Below, in pieces: positions 26,852-35,997 of a stretch of 45,641 nt of DNA. Source of the stretch: Candidatus Aenigmatarchaeota archaeon (GTDB lineage Archaea; Aenigmatarchaeota; Aenigmatarchaeia; GW2011-AR5; JACRAC01); the NCBI GenBank assembly GCA_016213555.1, contig JACRAC010000008.1, positions 1 to 45,641 of the forward strand. The letters run 5' to 3'. How positions within the stretch are numbered: position 1 is the stretch's first letter; every line of letters begins with the position of its first letter. Under the pieces are notes generated by a model. The model saw only the letters and a program-made list of their open reading frames with translations. It did not search any database and was not told the origin of the DNA. The position numbers and the translations under genes are program-made.

Positions 26852-26966
26852 ACAACCACTTAAAATTTATTTTCTATTAGATCAACAGATAGGTTATCGA
26901 ACTTTATATATGTATCTATTATGAAATACAAACTCAATGGTAAAAATATGCAACTAATAAGGTGTA

Positions 26967-27304
26967 CTAATTGTGGGATTGTTTTTCTAAAGATATATCA
27001 TCTTTTGGGTCAAATGCTGGAGAACAGGTAATCAGATATTTCATTTTTCCAATAATATCATAAGGAGTATTTTTAGGTATAAATATAAGATCGTTCTTTG
27101 GTACCTTTTCTATTTATCATCAATTATAAAATCTCCTGTTCCTTCTAGAATAAAATATATTCTATCTTCTTTTATGCATTTTAATTTTCCATGCTTTCCG
27201 TTAATCTCTATAAGTGCTACATTGAATGTCTTATTTATTTTATACTCATTTATTTTCATAGATATCTTTTCTTTAAGAATAGTATCTTTTGATTTTATTA
27301 TCAT
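26967..27304 (-). pseudogene. cupin-like small protein interrupted by a frameshift at about 27110-27116
   Basis: The 64-aa ORF ends ...EGTGDFIIDDK-stop. The -1 frame continues IEKVPKNDLIFIPKNTPYDIIGKMKYLITCSPAFDP to the stop at 26967-26969. Total length is 338 nt, one short of a multiple of 3. Confidence 0.55.
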
Positions 27305-27310
27305 TTTATA

Positions 27311-27392
27311 GCTAACCCAATAAAGATTCCTGATATGATACTATTGGGTTAGCATACAGCTCAGCATGAAATTATATCTTCTTTATTTCATG
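27311..27392 (-). terminator. two hairpins between nuclease gene and cupin gene
   Basis: gctaacccaata/tattgggttagc (12 bp) and catgaaat/atttcatg (8 bp). Confidence 0.4.
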
Positions 27393-27409
27393 GTAGAGCT
27401 ATAAACACT

Positions 27410-28042
27410 TTATCTTGTTGAAGGTCTATAACCAGCGTTTTCAGCTTCTTCTATCGAATGGAAACATACTAAATTTTCTGGATTTATCCTATTTGCTTGT
27501 GTAGAGTTTGCTTGATGATAAACATCTGAGTTTTTGCTTCCTACGTATAAACAAGATGACCTTGGGTTGTTGCATAGCCAAACTCCTTTATCTTTTGCAA
27601 GATTTTCCAGAGTTTTTAGTTCTTCATAATATTTAGTATCATCTTTATATTTGTCATAGACTTTTGCATAACTTTCGTTTACTAAAAGAAAGTTTACTGA
27701 AATGTTATCTACATATACATATCTTAGCAGACGATCGTATTTGTCAATATCTGTTATATCTCTTTCAAGAAAAATTTCTTTATTTAGGACAAGAGTTGTT
27801 AGTCGTTGCTTGGCTTCTTCATAATAACATTCTCCTGTTTCTGGAGTATTTATTCCACTTAGTCTTACCTTTCTTTTATTTTCTAAAGTTAGTGTGTCAC
27901 CGTCAATAACTTTTATAACTTTGAAAGGTCCTGACTTTTCTGCTAGTTTTTGTTGGTCTAAAAACTTTTCTGTTGTTGATATTCCAAATGCTATTATTAT
28001 AATTAACACTAAAGCTATTAGAAAAATTATTCTTTTATCCAT
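27410..28042 (-). CDS. exported staphylococcal-nuclease (SNase)-like thermonuclease with C-terminal Ada-type metal-binding tail
   Basis: N-terminal TM. VIDGDTLTLENKRKVRLSGINTPE. C-terminal SDVYHQ...CFHSIEEAENAGYRP. Confidence 0.78.
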   Translation of the reverse strand: MDKRIIFLIALVLIIIIAFGISTTEKFLDQQKLAEKSGPFKVIKVIDGDTLTLENKRKVRLSGINTPETGECYYEEAKQRLTTLVLNKEIFLERDITDIDKYDRLLRYVYVDNISVNFLLVNESYAKVYDKYKDDTKYYEELKTLENLAKDKGVWLCNNPRSSCLYVGSKNSDVYHQANSTQANRINPENLVCFHSIEEAENAGYRPSTR

Positions 28043-28087
28043 ATATTTCTACCGATATCTTTATTAATTGACAGAATAAATAGGATT

Positions 28088-28318
28088 ATGAAATTAGAGA
28101 AGACTGAAAAAGTTATGGCTGTATGGTTTTTGTTAACAGGCATATTTTCTACGATCACTGGAGTTCTTGGAGTTTATTCATTTATTGCTCTAGCTTCTAT
28201 TTCTGGATCTGAAATCTTTTCATTCCTTTCTTTAATTATTCTTGGAGCATCTTTGGTTCCGTTAGCACTTGGAATTCTTGCAGTAATAGTAAGCTATGGA
28301 TTGTTTAAACAGGATTAG
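28088..28318 (+). CDS. small two-TM membrane protein
   Basis: 76 aa with two hydrophobic helices. Confidence 0.4.
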   Translation: MKLEKTEKVMAVWFLLTGIFSTITGVLGVYSFIALASISGSEIFSFLSLIILGASLVPLALGILAVIVSYGLFKQD

Positions 28319-28382
28319 TTTATAATTTTATAGTCAGTTTAGGTTCTATAAAATCATCTAGAAGATTATTATCTAAGTTCTA

Positions 28383-29099
28383 TTAAATATACTTCTTGAT
28401 AACTTCTTTTACTTCAGGTCTTGTATATTTCTTAAATTTTTTGTCAGTTATCATAGCTATTTCTACTGTCCTGCTTGTCAGCTTTTTCTCAGCTGCTTTT
28501 AGAGATCTCATAGCAAGATCTAATGCTTTTTCCTTAGAAAGATTATCTTTGTATTCTTCTATCAATAGTTTTCTAGCTTCTTTTGATCCACGACCTATTG
28601 CATGCGCTTTCCATTCTCTTAATGTTCCTGATGGATCTGTTTCATAAAGCTTTGGAATTGATTGATCAGTTCCTCCTAATAAAAGGCCTACTCCATATGG
28701 TCTTATTCCTCCCATTTGAGTAAATCTCTGTATTCTATCTGCAAGATCCTTAGATAATGCAAACATTTCTATTGGTTCGTTAAATGTAAGTTTATTTATC
28801 TGTGCTTTAACACGTGCATAATCAACTAAGTTTCTAGCATCTCCAAGAATACCACAGCTTCCTACCATTACATGCTCATCTATTTTTGCAACCTTTTCAA
28901 CACTTTCTGGTACAAGCAAGCGCTGTATTGTTTTTCCTGATGTCAATAATACTCCGCCAGCAAATGTTATTCCAAGAACTGTTGTAGCTTTTTCCACAGC
29001 TTTTCTAGCGTACTCTACTTGGTACATTCGTCCTTCTGGAGAAAAAACAACGATTGCTCTATCGTATCCCATTTGTTTCATTGGTGGAGATATTTCCAT
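28383..29099 (-). CDS. psmA: proteasome subunit alpha
   Basis: YDRAIVVFSPEGRMYQVEYA. Confidence 0.93.
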   Translation of the reverse strand: MEISPPMKQMGYDRAIVVFSPEGRMYQVEYARKAVEKATTVLGITFAGGVLLTSGKTIQRLLVPESVEKVAKIDEHVMVGSCGILGDARNLVDYARVKAQINKLTFNEPIEMFALSKDLADRIQRFTQMGGIRPYGVGLLLGGTDQSIPKLYETDPSGTLREWKAHAIGRGSKEARKLLIEEYKDNLSKEKALDLAMRSLKAAEKKLTSRTVEIAMITDKKFKKYTRPEVKEVIKKYI

Positions 29100-29266
29100 A
29101 TTAAAACCCTTTATTATCTCAAAGACTAATGTTCTTTAAGATAGAATCACAATATACAAAATTATATTTAAGGAGTTTAAATAGCTATTGTCGTTCATTG
29201 CAAATTAAATAGTTATTTGAACTCCAAATTTTAAACATTTGTTTGAAATAGTGTATTGGACTATAT

Positions 29267-30061
29267 TTAGTCTATTACTACTTGCTCTAAATGCTTTCTT
29301 AATTCATCTCCTTTTTCAATAGCTAGATCTGCTAATTTTTCAATTTCTTCTACAGAAAATCCGTAAGATCCACCTTTTTGCATTGAACAAAGCTTATTTT
29401 CCAAAGAGCCTATTGATAGTCTAGCATCTGCTGCATCTATTTCTGTAAGACCTGGATCTGTTACTATTGTCTGACCTATTTTTACAAAGGTTGTTGTAAC
29501 AGAAATTCCTCTTATTGGAAGTTTTCCTGATTTTCTCTCAAGAGATACTACAGGAGTTTCTCCATCGTATTCTATTACAGGAATCTTTGTAGTAAGCAAT
29601 GCAGCTACTGCAGCAAGACATGCTGTATCTATTAGATTTCCGTCATCATTAAGAACTTCTAGATCTACATAGACCATCCATACATGCTCTTTCTCTTTTA
29701 CACAAAGTTTTTCAGTATCTATCATTTTTGATTCTCTTATACATCTATCAACAACTCTTGCTAATTCAATAGATTGTTCTCCAGGAGGTCCTGATTCAAA
29801 TTCTGGTGATGCAAATTGAACAAGCTCAGCTGCTACAGATAGAACACCTTCGTCTGGAGAATCTGGATAAGGTTTACCTAAGCCCATTTTAACTCCTGCA
29901 ATAACTTCTGTGTTTCCTAATCTCACACGAGAGCTTCCTTCGGCTTGTCTTATTAATCCTGTCTCAATGTGTATTTCTCTATACTCATCCATTTTTCTAT
30001 TATCTAATCTTTTACCTGATTTTAACATTTCTCTTATAAGATTTATATCAACTTCTATCAT
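29267..30061 (-). CDS. rrp42: exosome complex component Rrp42
   Basis: RNase PH fold, RLDNRKMDEYREI. Downstream of rrp41. Confidence 0.9.
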   Translation of the reverse strand: MIEVDINLIREMLKSGKRLDNRKMDEYREIHIETGLIRQAEGSSRVRLGNTEVIAGVKMGLGKPYPDSPDEGVLSVAAELVQFASPEFESGPPGEQSIELARVVDRCIRESKMIDTEKLCVKEKEHVWMVYVDLEVLNDDGNLIDTACLAAVAALLTTKIPVIEYDGETPVVSLERKSGKLPIRGISVTTTFVKIGQTIVTDPGLTEIDAADARLSIGSLENKLCSMQKGGSYGFSVEEIEKLADLAIEKGDELRKHLEQVVID

Positions 30062-30122
30062 ATTTTATCACCGTTTGTTTTATTATGTAATCTGACATGC
30101 TCAGTTAATTCACTTTGCTTGT

Positions 30123-30854
30123 CTATTCAGCTAGTTCAATCTGATACCTTGCTCTTAGAGCTTTCTTTTGCTCTTCGTAAATTTTTTCACATCCTTTTAT
30201 TGCAAGATGTAATATTTTCTTAAATTGTTCTGGAGGCACTATTCCATCCATTTGCAGTAAAGTTATTTGCTTTTTCTTTGGATAGAAGGCTATTGGTAAA
30301 TCTAATTCACCTTCCATATCTTCTTTTCCAGCAACATCTAATACTACATGGTTCTCAACTATTCCAGCAGAACATGATGATACAAGATCTCTCATAGGTA
30401 TTCCTGCATCTGCTAAAGCTAGAGCAGCTGCGTTTATACCTGCACAACGAGTCGATGCATCTGCCTGAATAATTTCTATGAACACATCTATACTTGTTTT
30501 TGGAAATTCTTCCAAGAATAATACAGGTTCAATGGCTTTTCTTGTAACCATAGATATTTCAGTAGATCTTCTATTAGGACCTGGCCTTGATCTATCAGTT
30601 GTTGAGAATGGAGCCATTCTATAGTCTGTTCTTAAAATAGCTCTGTCTGCTTGCTCCATATGTTTTGGATATACTCTTCTAGGACCCATTACACCAGCTA
30701 TTGCAATTGTGTTTCCTATTCTAAAGTAAGCAGATCCATTTGCTCTTTTTAAAATACCAACCTTTGCTTCTATTGGTCTTGTTTCATCTAGTTTTCTTCC
30801 ATCTAGTCTTATACCGCTTTTTATTAGTTTTATATCTTCCATATGTATCACCAT
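30123..30854 (-). CDS. rrp41: exosome complex exonuclease Rrp41
   Basis: RLDGRKLDETRPI and MAPFSTTDRSRPGPNRRSTE phosphate-binding region. Confidence 0.92.
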   Translation of the reverse strand: MVIHMEDIKLIKSGIRLDGRKLDETRPIEAKVGILKRANGSAYFRIGNTIAIAGVMGPRRVYPKHMEQADRAILRTDYRMAPFSTTDRSRPGPNRRSTEISMVTRKAIEPVLFLEEFPKTSIDVFIEIIQADASTRCAGINAAALALADAGIPMRDLVSSCSAGIVENHVVLDVAGKEDMEGELDLPIAFYPKKKQITLLQMDGIVPPEQFKKILHLAIKGCEKIYEEQKKALRARYQIELAE

Positions 30855-31619
30855 TTAATTGAATTCATCAGATTCTTCAGAATCAAACTCTTCTGATTCA
30901 TGTTCTTCTACTATAGGCTGTTTTAATGGAGTTCTTTTTGGAGATTTTTCAAGAAAATCTTTCATAAATTCTGTAAGCCCTTTTATATGAGATTTTTCAT
31001 CTATTAACAAAATTGCTTCTGTTGCAAGATCTTCATTTTCTCCTTTAACCCAAACTAATCCATTTTGTCCTACTACTATTTGAGTGCCTGTAGTATTTTT
31101 TATTAATTCTACCATGCTTCCAGATCTTCCTATTATTCTAGGAACTTTTGAAGGAACAACTTTTATTAATCTTCCTCCTCTAAGTTTTCTACATTTTCTG
31201 GATTTCATTGATAAGTTAATCTGTTTTGACTTTGACACAGCTGATATTTCAGCAAATATCAAATCTCCTGGTTCAAAGTATTTTGTCAGATCTGTTTTTG
31301 TCAGATCTACAAACTCTTCTACAGCATCGCTTAATGTCATTGCACCTTGATAAGGTGAGTTTATACCAACTATCCATTTTGAGAATATTATTTCCTCAAT
31401 TCTTCCGATTACACCATCTCCTTTTTTTGGGCTGTAAACTCCTCCTAAAGGAATTACTATATGTAATCCTCCTCTGTCTTCTGCAAGACCTACTGATCTT
31501 GAAAATACTTTTCCATTTTCAAAATATGTACCATGACCAGATCTTCCTTCACCTAAAAGATCTCCTGGTATAACTAGTTTTCTTTGTACTTTTTCTTCTT
31601 GCTGAATATTTTCTTCCAT
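30855..31619 (-). CDS. rrp4: exosome RNA-binding subunit Rrp4 (S1/KH)
   Basis: VIPGDLLGEG N-terminus, S1 and KH (RIIGRSGSMV) segments. Its stop abuts the rrp41 start. Confidence 0.9.
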   Translation of the reverse strand: MEENIQQEEKVQRKLVIPGDLLGEGRSGHGTYFENGKVFSRSVGLAEDRGGLHIVIPLGGVYSPKKGDGVIGRIEEIIFSKWIVGINSPYQGAMTLSDAVEEFVDLTKTDLTKYFEPGDLIFAEISAVSKSKQINLSMKSRKCRKLRGGRLIKVVPSKVPRIIGRSGSMVELIKNTTGTQIVVGQNGLVWVKGENEDLATEAILLIDEKSHIKGLTEFMKDFLEKSPKRTPLKQPIVEEHESEEFDSEESDEFN

Positions 31620-31639
31620 ATTTTACACCTCAATTATTT

Positions 31640-32320
31640 TTAGTAAATACGAGCTGTTCCTTCTGTTAAACCGTTTATTCTTCTGAAAAACTGTTCTTTA
31701 AGAGCAGCTGGCATTTTAACTTTTATTATTAGTTTGTCTCCTGCCCATTGTTCTTGGAATGATCCATATTCTTTTAGGACTGTATAAACTTTTGTTGAAT
31801 ATTTTGCTTGAACTTCTGCGGTTACCTCTATTTCATCAAATGCTAAAGGTAGTACTGCTTTTATTCCTTTTACAACATCATTTAGTTGTGTTTCTGCTGG
31901 TTTGAAAGGATCTATGTTTATACGAGCTTCTTCTATAGCATTTGCTATTCTTTCTGGAGGATGAGGAAGCTTTGATCTAGGATCTATAGCAGCTCTTGCT
32001 ATTAGAGTTACTAGTTGCTTACGTTTTTCTTCAACTTTTTTTCTTCTAAAATCTGTTGTTAGCTGAAGATCTCCATCCTTCACTATTGTTACTGCTATCT
32101 TCTCAGCTTCTTGCGTATGAAATATTTTTTCTAAATCAGAAGGACTTGATTTCATTCCTTTCTTAGCGTCAGAAAAAATCTGGTTTATTGCTAACATCTT
32201 ACTAATAGAAACAGTTTTATTTTCTTTTAGATCGTATGCAATGTCTGAATCAACTAGAATTTCAAAATGCTTTCCGTCTTTATCTATTTTTGCTACTATA
32301 GCTTTTTCAACTGTAACCAT
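31640..32320 (-). CDS. SBDS/Sdo1-family ribosome maturation protein
   Basis: AIVAKIDKDGKHFEILVD N-terminal FYSH-type segment. Classical position upstream of rrp4. Confidence 0.88.
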   Translation of the reverse strand: MVTVEKAIVAKIDKDGKHFEILVDSDIAYDLKENKTVSISKMLAINQIFSDAKKGMKSSPSDLEKIFHTQEAEKIAVTIVKDGDLQLTTDFRRKKVEEKRKQLVTLIARAAIDPRSKLPHPPERIANAIEEARINIDPFKPAETQLNDVVKGIKAVLPLAFDEIEVTAEVQAKYSTKVYTVLKEYGSFQEQWAGDKLIIKVKMPAALKEQFFRRINGLTEGTARIY

Positions 32321-32481
32321 CTTTACACCGAGTAATAAAATCCCTTTTTAGTAGGCAGATAATTAGAAGCGATGTAACGCGATTTATCTGCTTTGTATCT
32401 AAAGAGATTTTTTGTAATAAAATTTTATATGCATACAAAGGTTTATAAATTGATTAGCTAAGTAATTTACACTCTAAAAAT

Positions 32482-33588
32482 GTGATAAATATGATAAATT
32501 ATGATGAATTTGGACCTGAAAAACTTATAGAATTTTATGACCCTAAGTCAAAAGTAAGAGGATTTCTTGTTATTGATAACACTACTAGAGGAGTTGGAAA
32601 AGGAGGAATGCGAATTGCTAATGTTACCATGGAAGAAGTTTTTAGACTTGCAAGGGCAATGACTTATAAAAATACTATGGCAGATCTTCCTTTTGGAGGA
32701 GCTAAATCAGGATTGATAATTCCAAATAATATAGATAAGGAAGCTGCTGTAAGATGGTTTTCAGAACAACTTAGAATAGTTATTCCAAAATACTATGTTG
32801 CAGGACCTGATATGAATTCTGGAGCAATAGAAATGGATATAATTGCAAAAATTTTAAGTAATAAGGCTTCTACTGGAAAATCTATATCTTTGGGAGGATT
32901 ACCACATGAGTTAGGATCTACTGGTTATGGGATTGCTCATTCTTTACTGGCTACTTTGAAACATTTGGAACATAATATAAATGAGACAACTGTAGCTATA
33001 GAAGGGTTTGGAAATGTTGGAACATTTACTTCTAAATTTTTGAGTGATGATGGAGCAAAAATAGTTGCTATTTCTGATAGTAAGGGAACTATTTATGATA
33101 GAGATGGTTTGGATATTGAGAAGTTGATAAAAGTTAAAAACGAAACAGGTTCTGTTATAAATTACCAAAGTTCAACTTCAAAAAAACTTACTACAGCAGA
33201 GTTATTTGGATTGCAAGTAGATGTTTTGATGCCTGGTGCAAGACCAGATTCTATAAATGATAAAAACTATACTCAAATAAAAGCTCATATCATAATTGAG
33301 GCTGGAAATGTTCCTATGACAGAGAGTTTGGAAGAAAGTTTTTATAAAAAAGGAGTTGTTGTTATACCTGATTTTGTTGCAAATGCTGGGGGAGTTATAT
33401 CTTCATGGGTTGAATATGAGAATGACAAAACTCCTACACCAAAAACTGTTATAGATTTAATGATGAGAGAAGTAAAGACAAGAGTTGGTAATAATACTAA
33501 ATTAGTTCTAGATAGAGCTGACAAGAATAACATATCTACAAGAGAAGCTGCAATGAATATTGTTAGAGAAAGACTTGTGTTGGAATAA
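32482..33588 (+). CDS. Glu/Leu/Phe/Val dehydrogenase-family protein (short form)
   Basis: GKGGMRI, LPFGGAKSGL catalytic Lys region and GFGNVG Rossmann motif. Confidence 0.82.
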   Translation: MINMINYDEFGPEKLIEFYDPKSKVRGFLVIDNTTRGVGKGGMRIANVTMEEVFRLARAMTYKNTMADLPFGGAKSGLIIPNNIDKEAAVRWFSEQLRIVIPKYYVAGPDMNSGAIEMDIIAKILSNKASTGKSISLGGLPHELGSTGYGIAHSLLATLKHLEHNINETTVAIEGFGNVGTFTSKFLSDDGAKIVAISDSKGTIYDRDGLDIEKLIKVKNETGSVINYQSSTSKKLTTAELFGLQVDVLMPGARPDSINDKNYTQIKAHIIIEAGNVPMTESLEESFYKKGVVVIPDFVANAGGVISSWVEYENDKTPTPKTVIDLMMREVKTRVGNNTKLVLDRADKNNISTREAAMNIVRERLVLE

Positions 33589-33620
33589 ATTACCCTTTAT
33601 ATTTGTTTCTGTTATCTCTA

Positions 33621-33635
33621 TGTAAATAATTTACA
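33621..33635. promoter_or_regulatory. palindrome TGTAAATAATTTACA (candidate operator)
   Basis: 7+1+7 perfect inverted repeat, 16 nt upstream of the ATG at 33651. The identical 19-mer atgtaaataatttacatat recurs at 34653-34671. Confidence 0.55.
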
Positions 33636-33650
33636 TATTAAGTGGATAAA

Positions 33651-34610
33651 ATGAAACAAGTTGCTATTTTACATCAAGGATTAGAAGGAGGAAATCCTTC
33701 TCTAATCAAGCACTCATGTTATTTGAGAGATAGTCTTGTAGAAGCTGTTAGAGATCTTGGATATAATCCGCAATCTGTTTATCTAGACGATTCTTTTACT
33801 TGGGTTTCTAGTTTAGAACAAATCAGAAATTTGCTAGTTGTTGTCAATGCTGCTGATTATGGACCGTTTTTTGATAGTACTTTAGAATCTGTTGTTCCTG
33901 CAATACTAGATAAAAAAGGTATTAGATATACTGGTTCTGATATGGGAGCTATAGATTTTACAAATGATAAACTAAGAACTAATTATGCTCTTTCGAAAGC
34001 TGGTGTATTAGTTCCTAAATGTTTTTCTATTGGAGACACAAATTCTTTTGAGTCATTAGATTTCCCACTCATAATAAAATATAGATCTGTTCATGGTAGT
34101 GAAGGAATTGATGACAGTTCTGTTGTTATGAATGAACGTGAACTGAAAGAAAAAGTAGATCGCTTAAAACAAACAAGAGATTCTCCTATAATTGCTGAGC
34201 AATATATACAAGGCTCTGGAATATATGAAGTTTGTGGAGGATTTTTAGGAAATGGTGACGATAGACTAGCACTTCCTGTAGCTTGTGTTAAATTTAATTC
34301 AGAATCTTCTCGAATAAGAACACAAGATCATAAATGGTCTGATGAAGATCCTATAGAATTTGTCGATTTGCCAGAATCACTAGAAAAAGAGATCCATAGA
34401 TATGTTTCAGACGCCGCAAATGCTATTGGAATGAGAGATTATGCTAGAATAGATTTTAGAATAGGAGTTGATGGCAGAGCTTACGCCATTGATACAAATG
34501 CAAATCCTGATTTAAATGAAGATGCAACTCTTTATAAAATGGCTTCAAAAACAGGACTTAGTTATCCAACATTTGTAGGAAAAATAATAGACTCTGCTCT
34601 TAGAAGATAA
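33651..34610 (+). CDS. ATP-grasp ligase (D-Ala-D-Ala-ligase-like)
   Basis: FPLIIKYRSVHGSEGI, IAEQYIQG and YARIDFRI...AYAIDTNANP. The ORF track starts at GTG 33642. Confidence 0.72.
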   Translation: MKQVAILHQGLEGGNPSLIKHSCYLRDSLVEAVRDLGYNPQSVYLDDSFTWVSSLEQIRNLLVVVNAADYGPFFDSTLESVVPAILDKKGIRYTGSDMGAIDFTNDKLRTNYALSKAGVLVPKCFSIGDTNSFESLDFPLIIKYRSVHGSEGIDDSSVVMNERELKEKVDRLKQTRDSPIIAEQYIQGSGIYEVCGGFLGNGDDRLALPVACVKFNSESSRIRTQDHKWSDEDPIEFVDLPESLEKEIHRYVSDAANAIGMRDYARIDFRIGVDGRAYAIDTNANPDLNEDATLYKMASKTGLSYPTFVGKIIDSALRR

Positions 34611-34654
34611 CTTTCTATAAGTAAAGTATTTAAACATTCGCTTCTACATATGTA

Positions 34655-34682
34655 TGTAAATAATTTACATATATATGTAAAT
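34655..34682. promoter_or_regulatory. TGTAAATAATTTACA palindrome overlapping a second palindrome TTTACATATATATGTAAA
   Basis: Three alternating TGTAAA/TTTACA half-sites, ending 10 nt before the GTG start and adjoining the AGGTGG SD. Confidence 0.55.
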
Positions 34683-34692
34683 AGGTGGCAAT

Positions 34693-35907
34693 GTGACATA
34701 CTCTACAACAGTTGGGGCAGAACTTGAACTTAATCTCTTAGATAGGCAAGGATATCTAGCAAATAGAGCTGATGATGTTTTGGCTGACTTGAAAAGAAGA
34801 AGCAATAGATATGTCTCAGAGTCTTCTATGACACAAGTTGAATTTAATTCTGAACCAGCTTCATCTATTCGAGAACTTTATAATAGGGCTAAAAATCAGC
34901 TTTCCGATGTTCTTGAGCCTGTATGTTTATCTCATGGAGTACAACCTGCTTCTATGAGTGAATATGGAGCTGGAAGAGGTGTTTGGAGAGATGGAAATGA
35001 AAGGTATGATGTTTATCCAAGGATTATAGGAGAAACTAGTAATAGTGAGTTAAATAGAATATCTGGAATACATCTTCATTTTTCACAACATCCTGATAGA
35101 AAATTGGATCAGTATAAAGTTCTTATTGCACTAGATCCTAGTTTTGCTTTTGCATCAACATCTCCTATTTACGATTTAAGAAATGGTCTTAATTGCCATA
35201 GAGTAAATCTGACTAGAAATATGCTGTTTTCTGAATTTCCTTTACATTGCAAACTTCCTGGTTATCCAACTTCTTTAAAAGATATAGAAGCAGAAAATCA
35301 ACTTAGACATCAGCAATGGATGCAAAAGGCAATAGAAGCTGGAATACCTGAGGAAACCTTTAAAGAACTTTTTAGTCCTGAAAATACTGGGTACCATCCT
35401 ATAAGAAAAAGAGATGAAGAAAAATTCGGCCCTACAGGAACATTTGAAGTAAGAATATTTGACTCGGCTCCTTTAGATATCCTTGCAGGTATAGCTGCTC
35501 TTTACAAGGGATTTCAGGATAGAGTTTTTAATGATCAAATACCTGTAACTGTAGCAAATGCAGATGGAAGATATTCTTTTAGTTCATCTAGAATAGTTCT
35601 TCCAACTACAGATACTCTTAGAGGATTTGAGAGAAGTGCTATATCAAGAGGACTTAGATCAAATGGCATTCAAAATTATTTAGATCAAGCATTGTGGTTT
35701 GCTTCTAGAGGACTTTCAGAAGAAGATAGAAAATATTTAGATGTTTTGAATAATAGTTTATCTGTTTCTGCAAATCCTGCAGAAGAATTGCTAAGTTTTA
35801 TGGTAGAAAAAGGAATATACGGTAAGGCCTTTACACCAGATCAATGTGCTCAAGCTAATTTATTTATGAGAGATAGGTATCTTAAAGGACTTTTATCAAC
35901 AAATTAA
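34693..35907 (+). CDS. GCS2-family carboxylate-amine ligase (YbdK/glutamate-cysteine-ligase-2-like)
   Basis: VGAELELNLLD N-terminus, SGIHLHFS, FEVRIFDS pattern. 404 aa. Confidence 0.7.
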   Translation: MTYSTTVGAELELNLLDRQGYLANRADDVLADLKRRSNRYVSESSMTQVEFNSEPASSIRELYNRAKNQLSDVLEPVCLSHGVQPASMSEYGAGRGVWRDGNERYDVYPRIIGETSNSELNRISGIHLHFSQHPDRKLDQYKVLIALDPSFAFASTSPIYDLRNGLNCHRVNLTRNMLFSEFPLHCKLPGYPTSLKDIEAENQLRHQQWMQKAIEAGIPEETFKELFSPENTGYHPIRKRDEEKFGPTGTFEVRIFDSAPLDILAGIAALYKGFQDRVFNDQIPVTVANADGRYSFSSSRIVLPTTDTLRGFERSAISRGLRSNGIQNYLDQALWFASRGLSEEDRKYLDVLNNSLSVSANPAEELLSFMVEKGIYGKAFTPDQCAQANLFMRDRYLKGLLSTN

Positions 35908-35997
35908 ATTTAGCGTATTCTAATACCTTATACTTCATTGTATTTCTCAGATTTGTTTAGTTCTTTTTGATTTAAAGTTTTCTGAGATTCTATAAAA

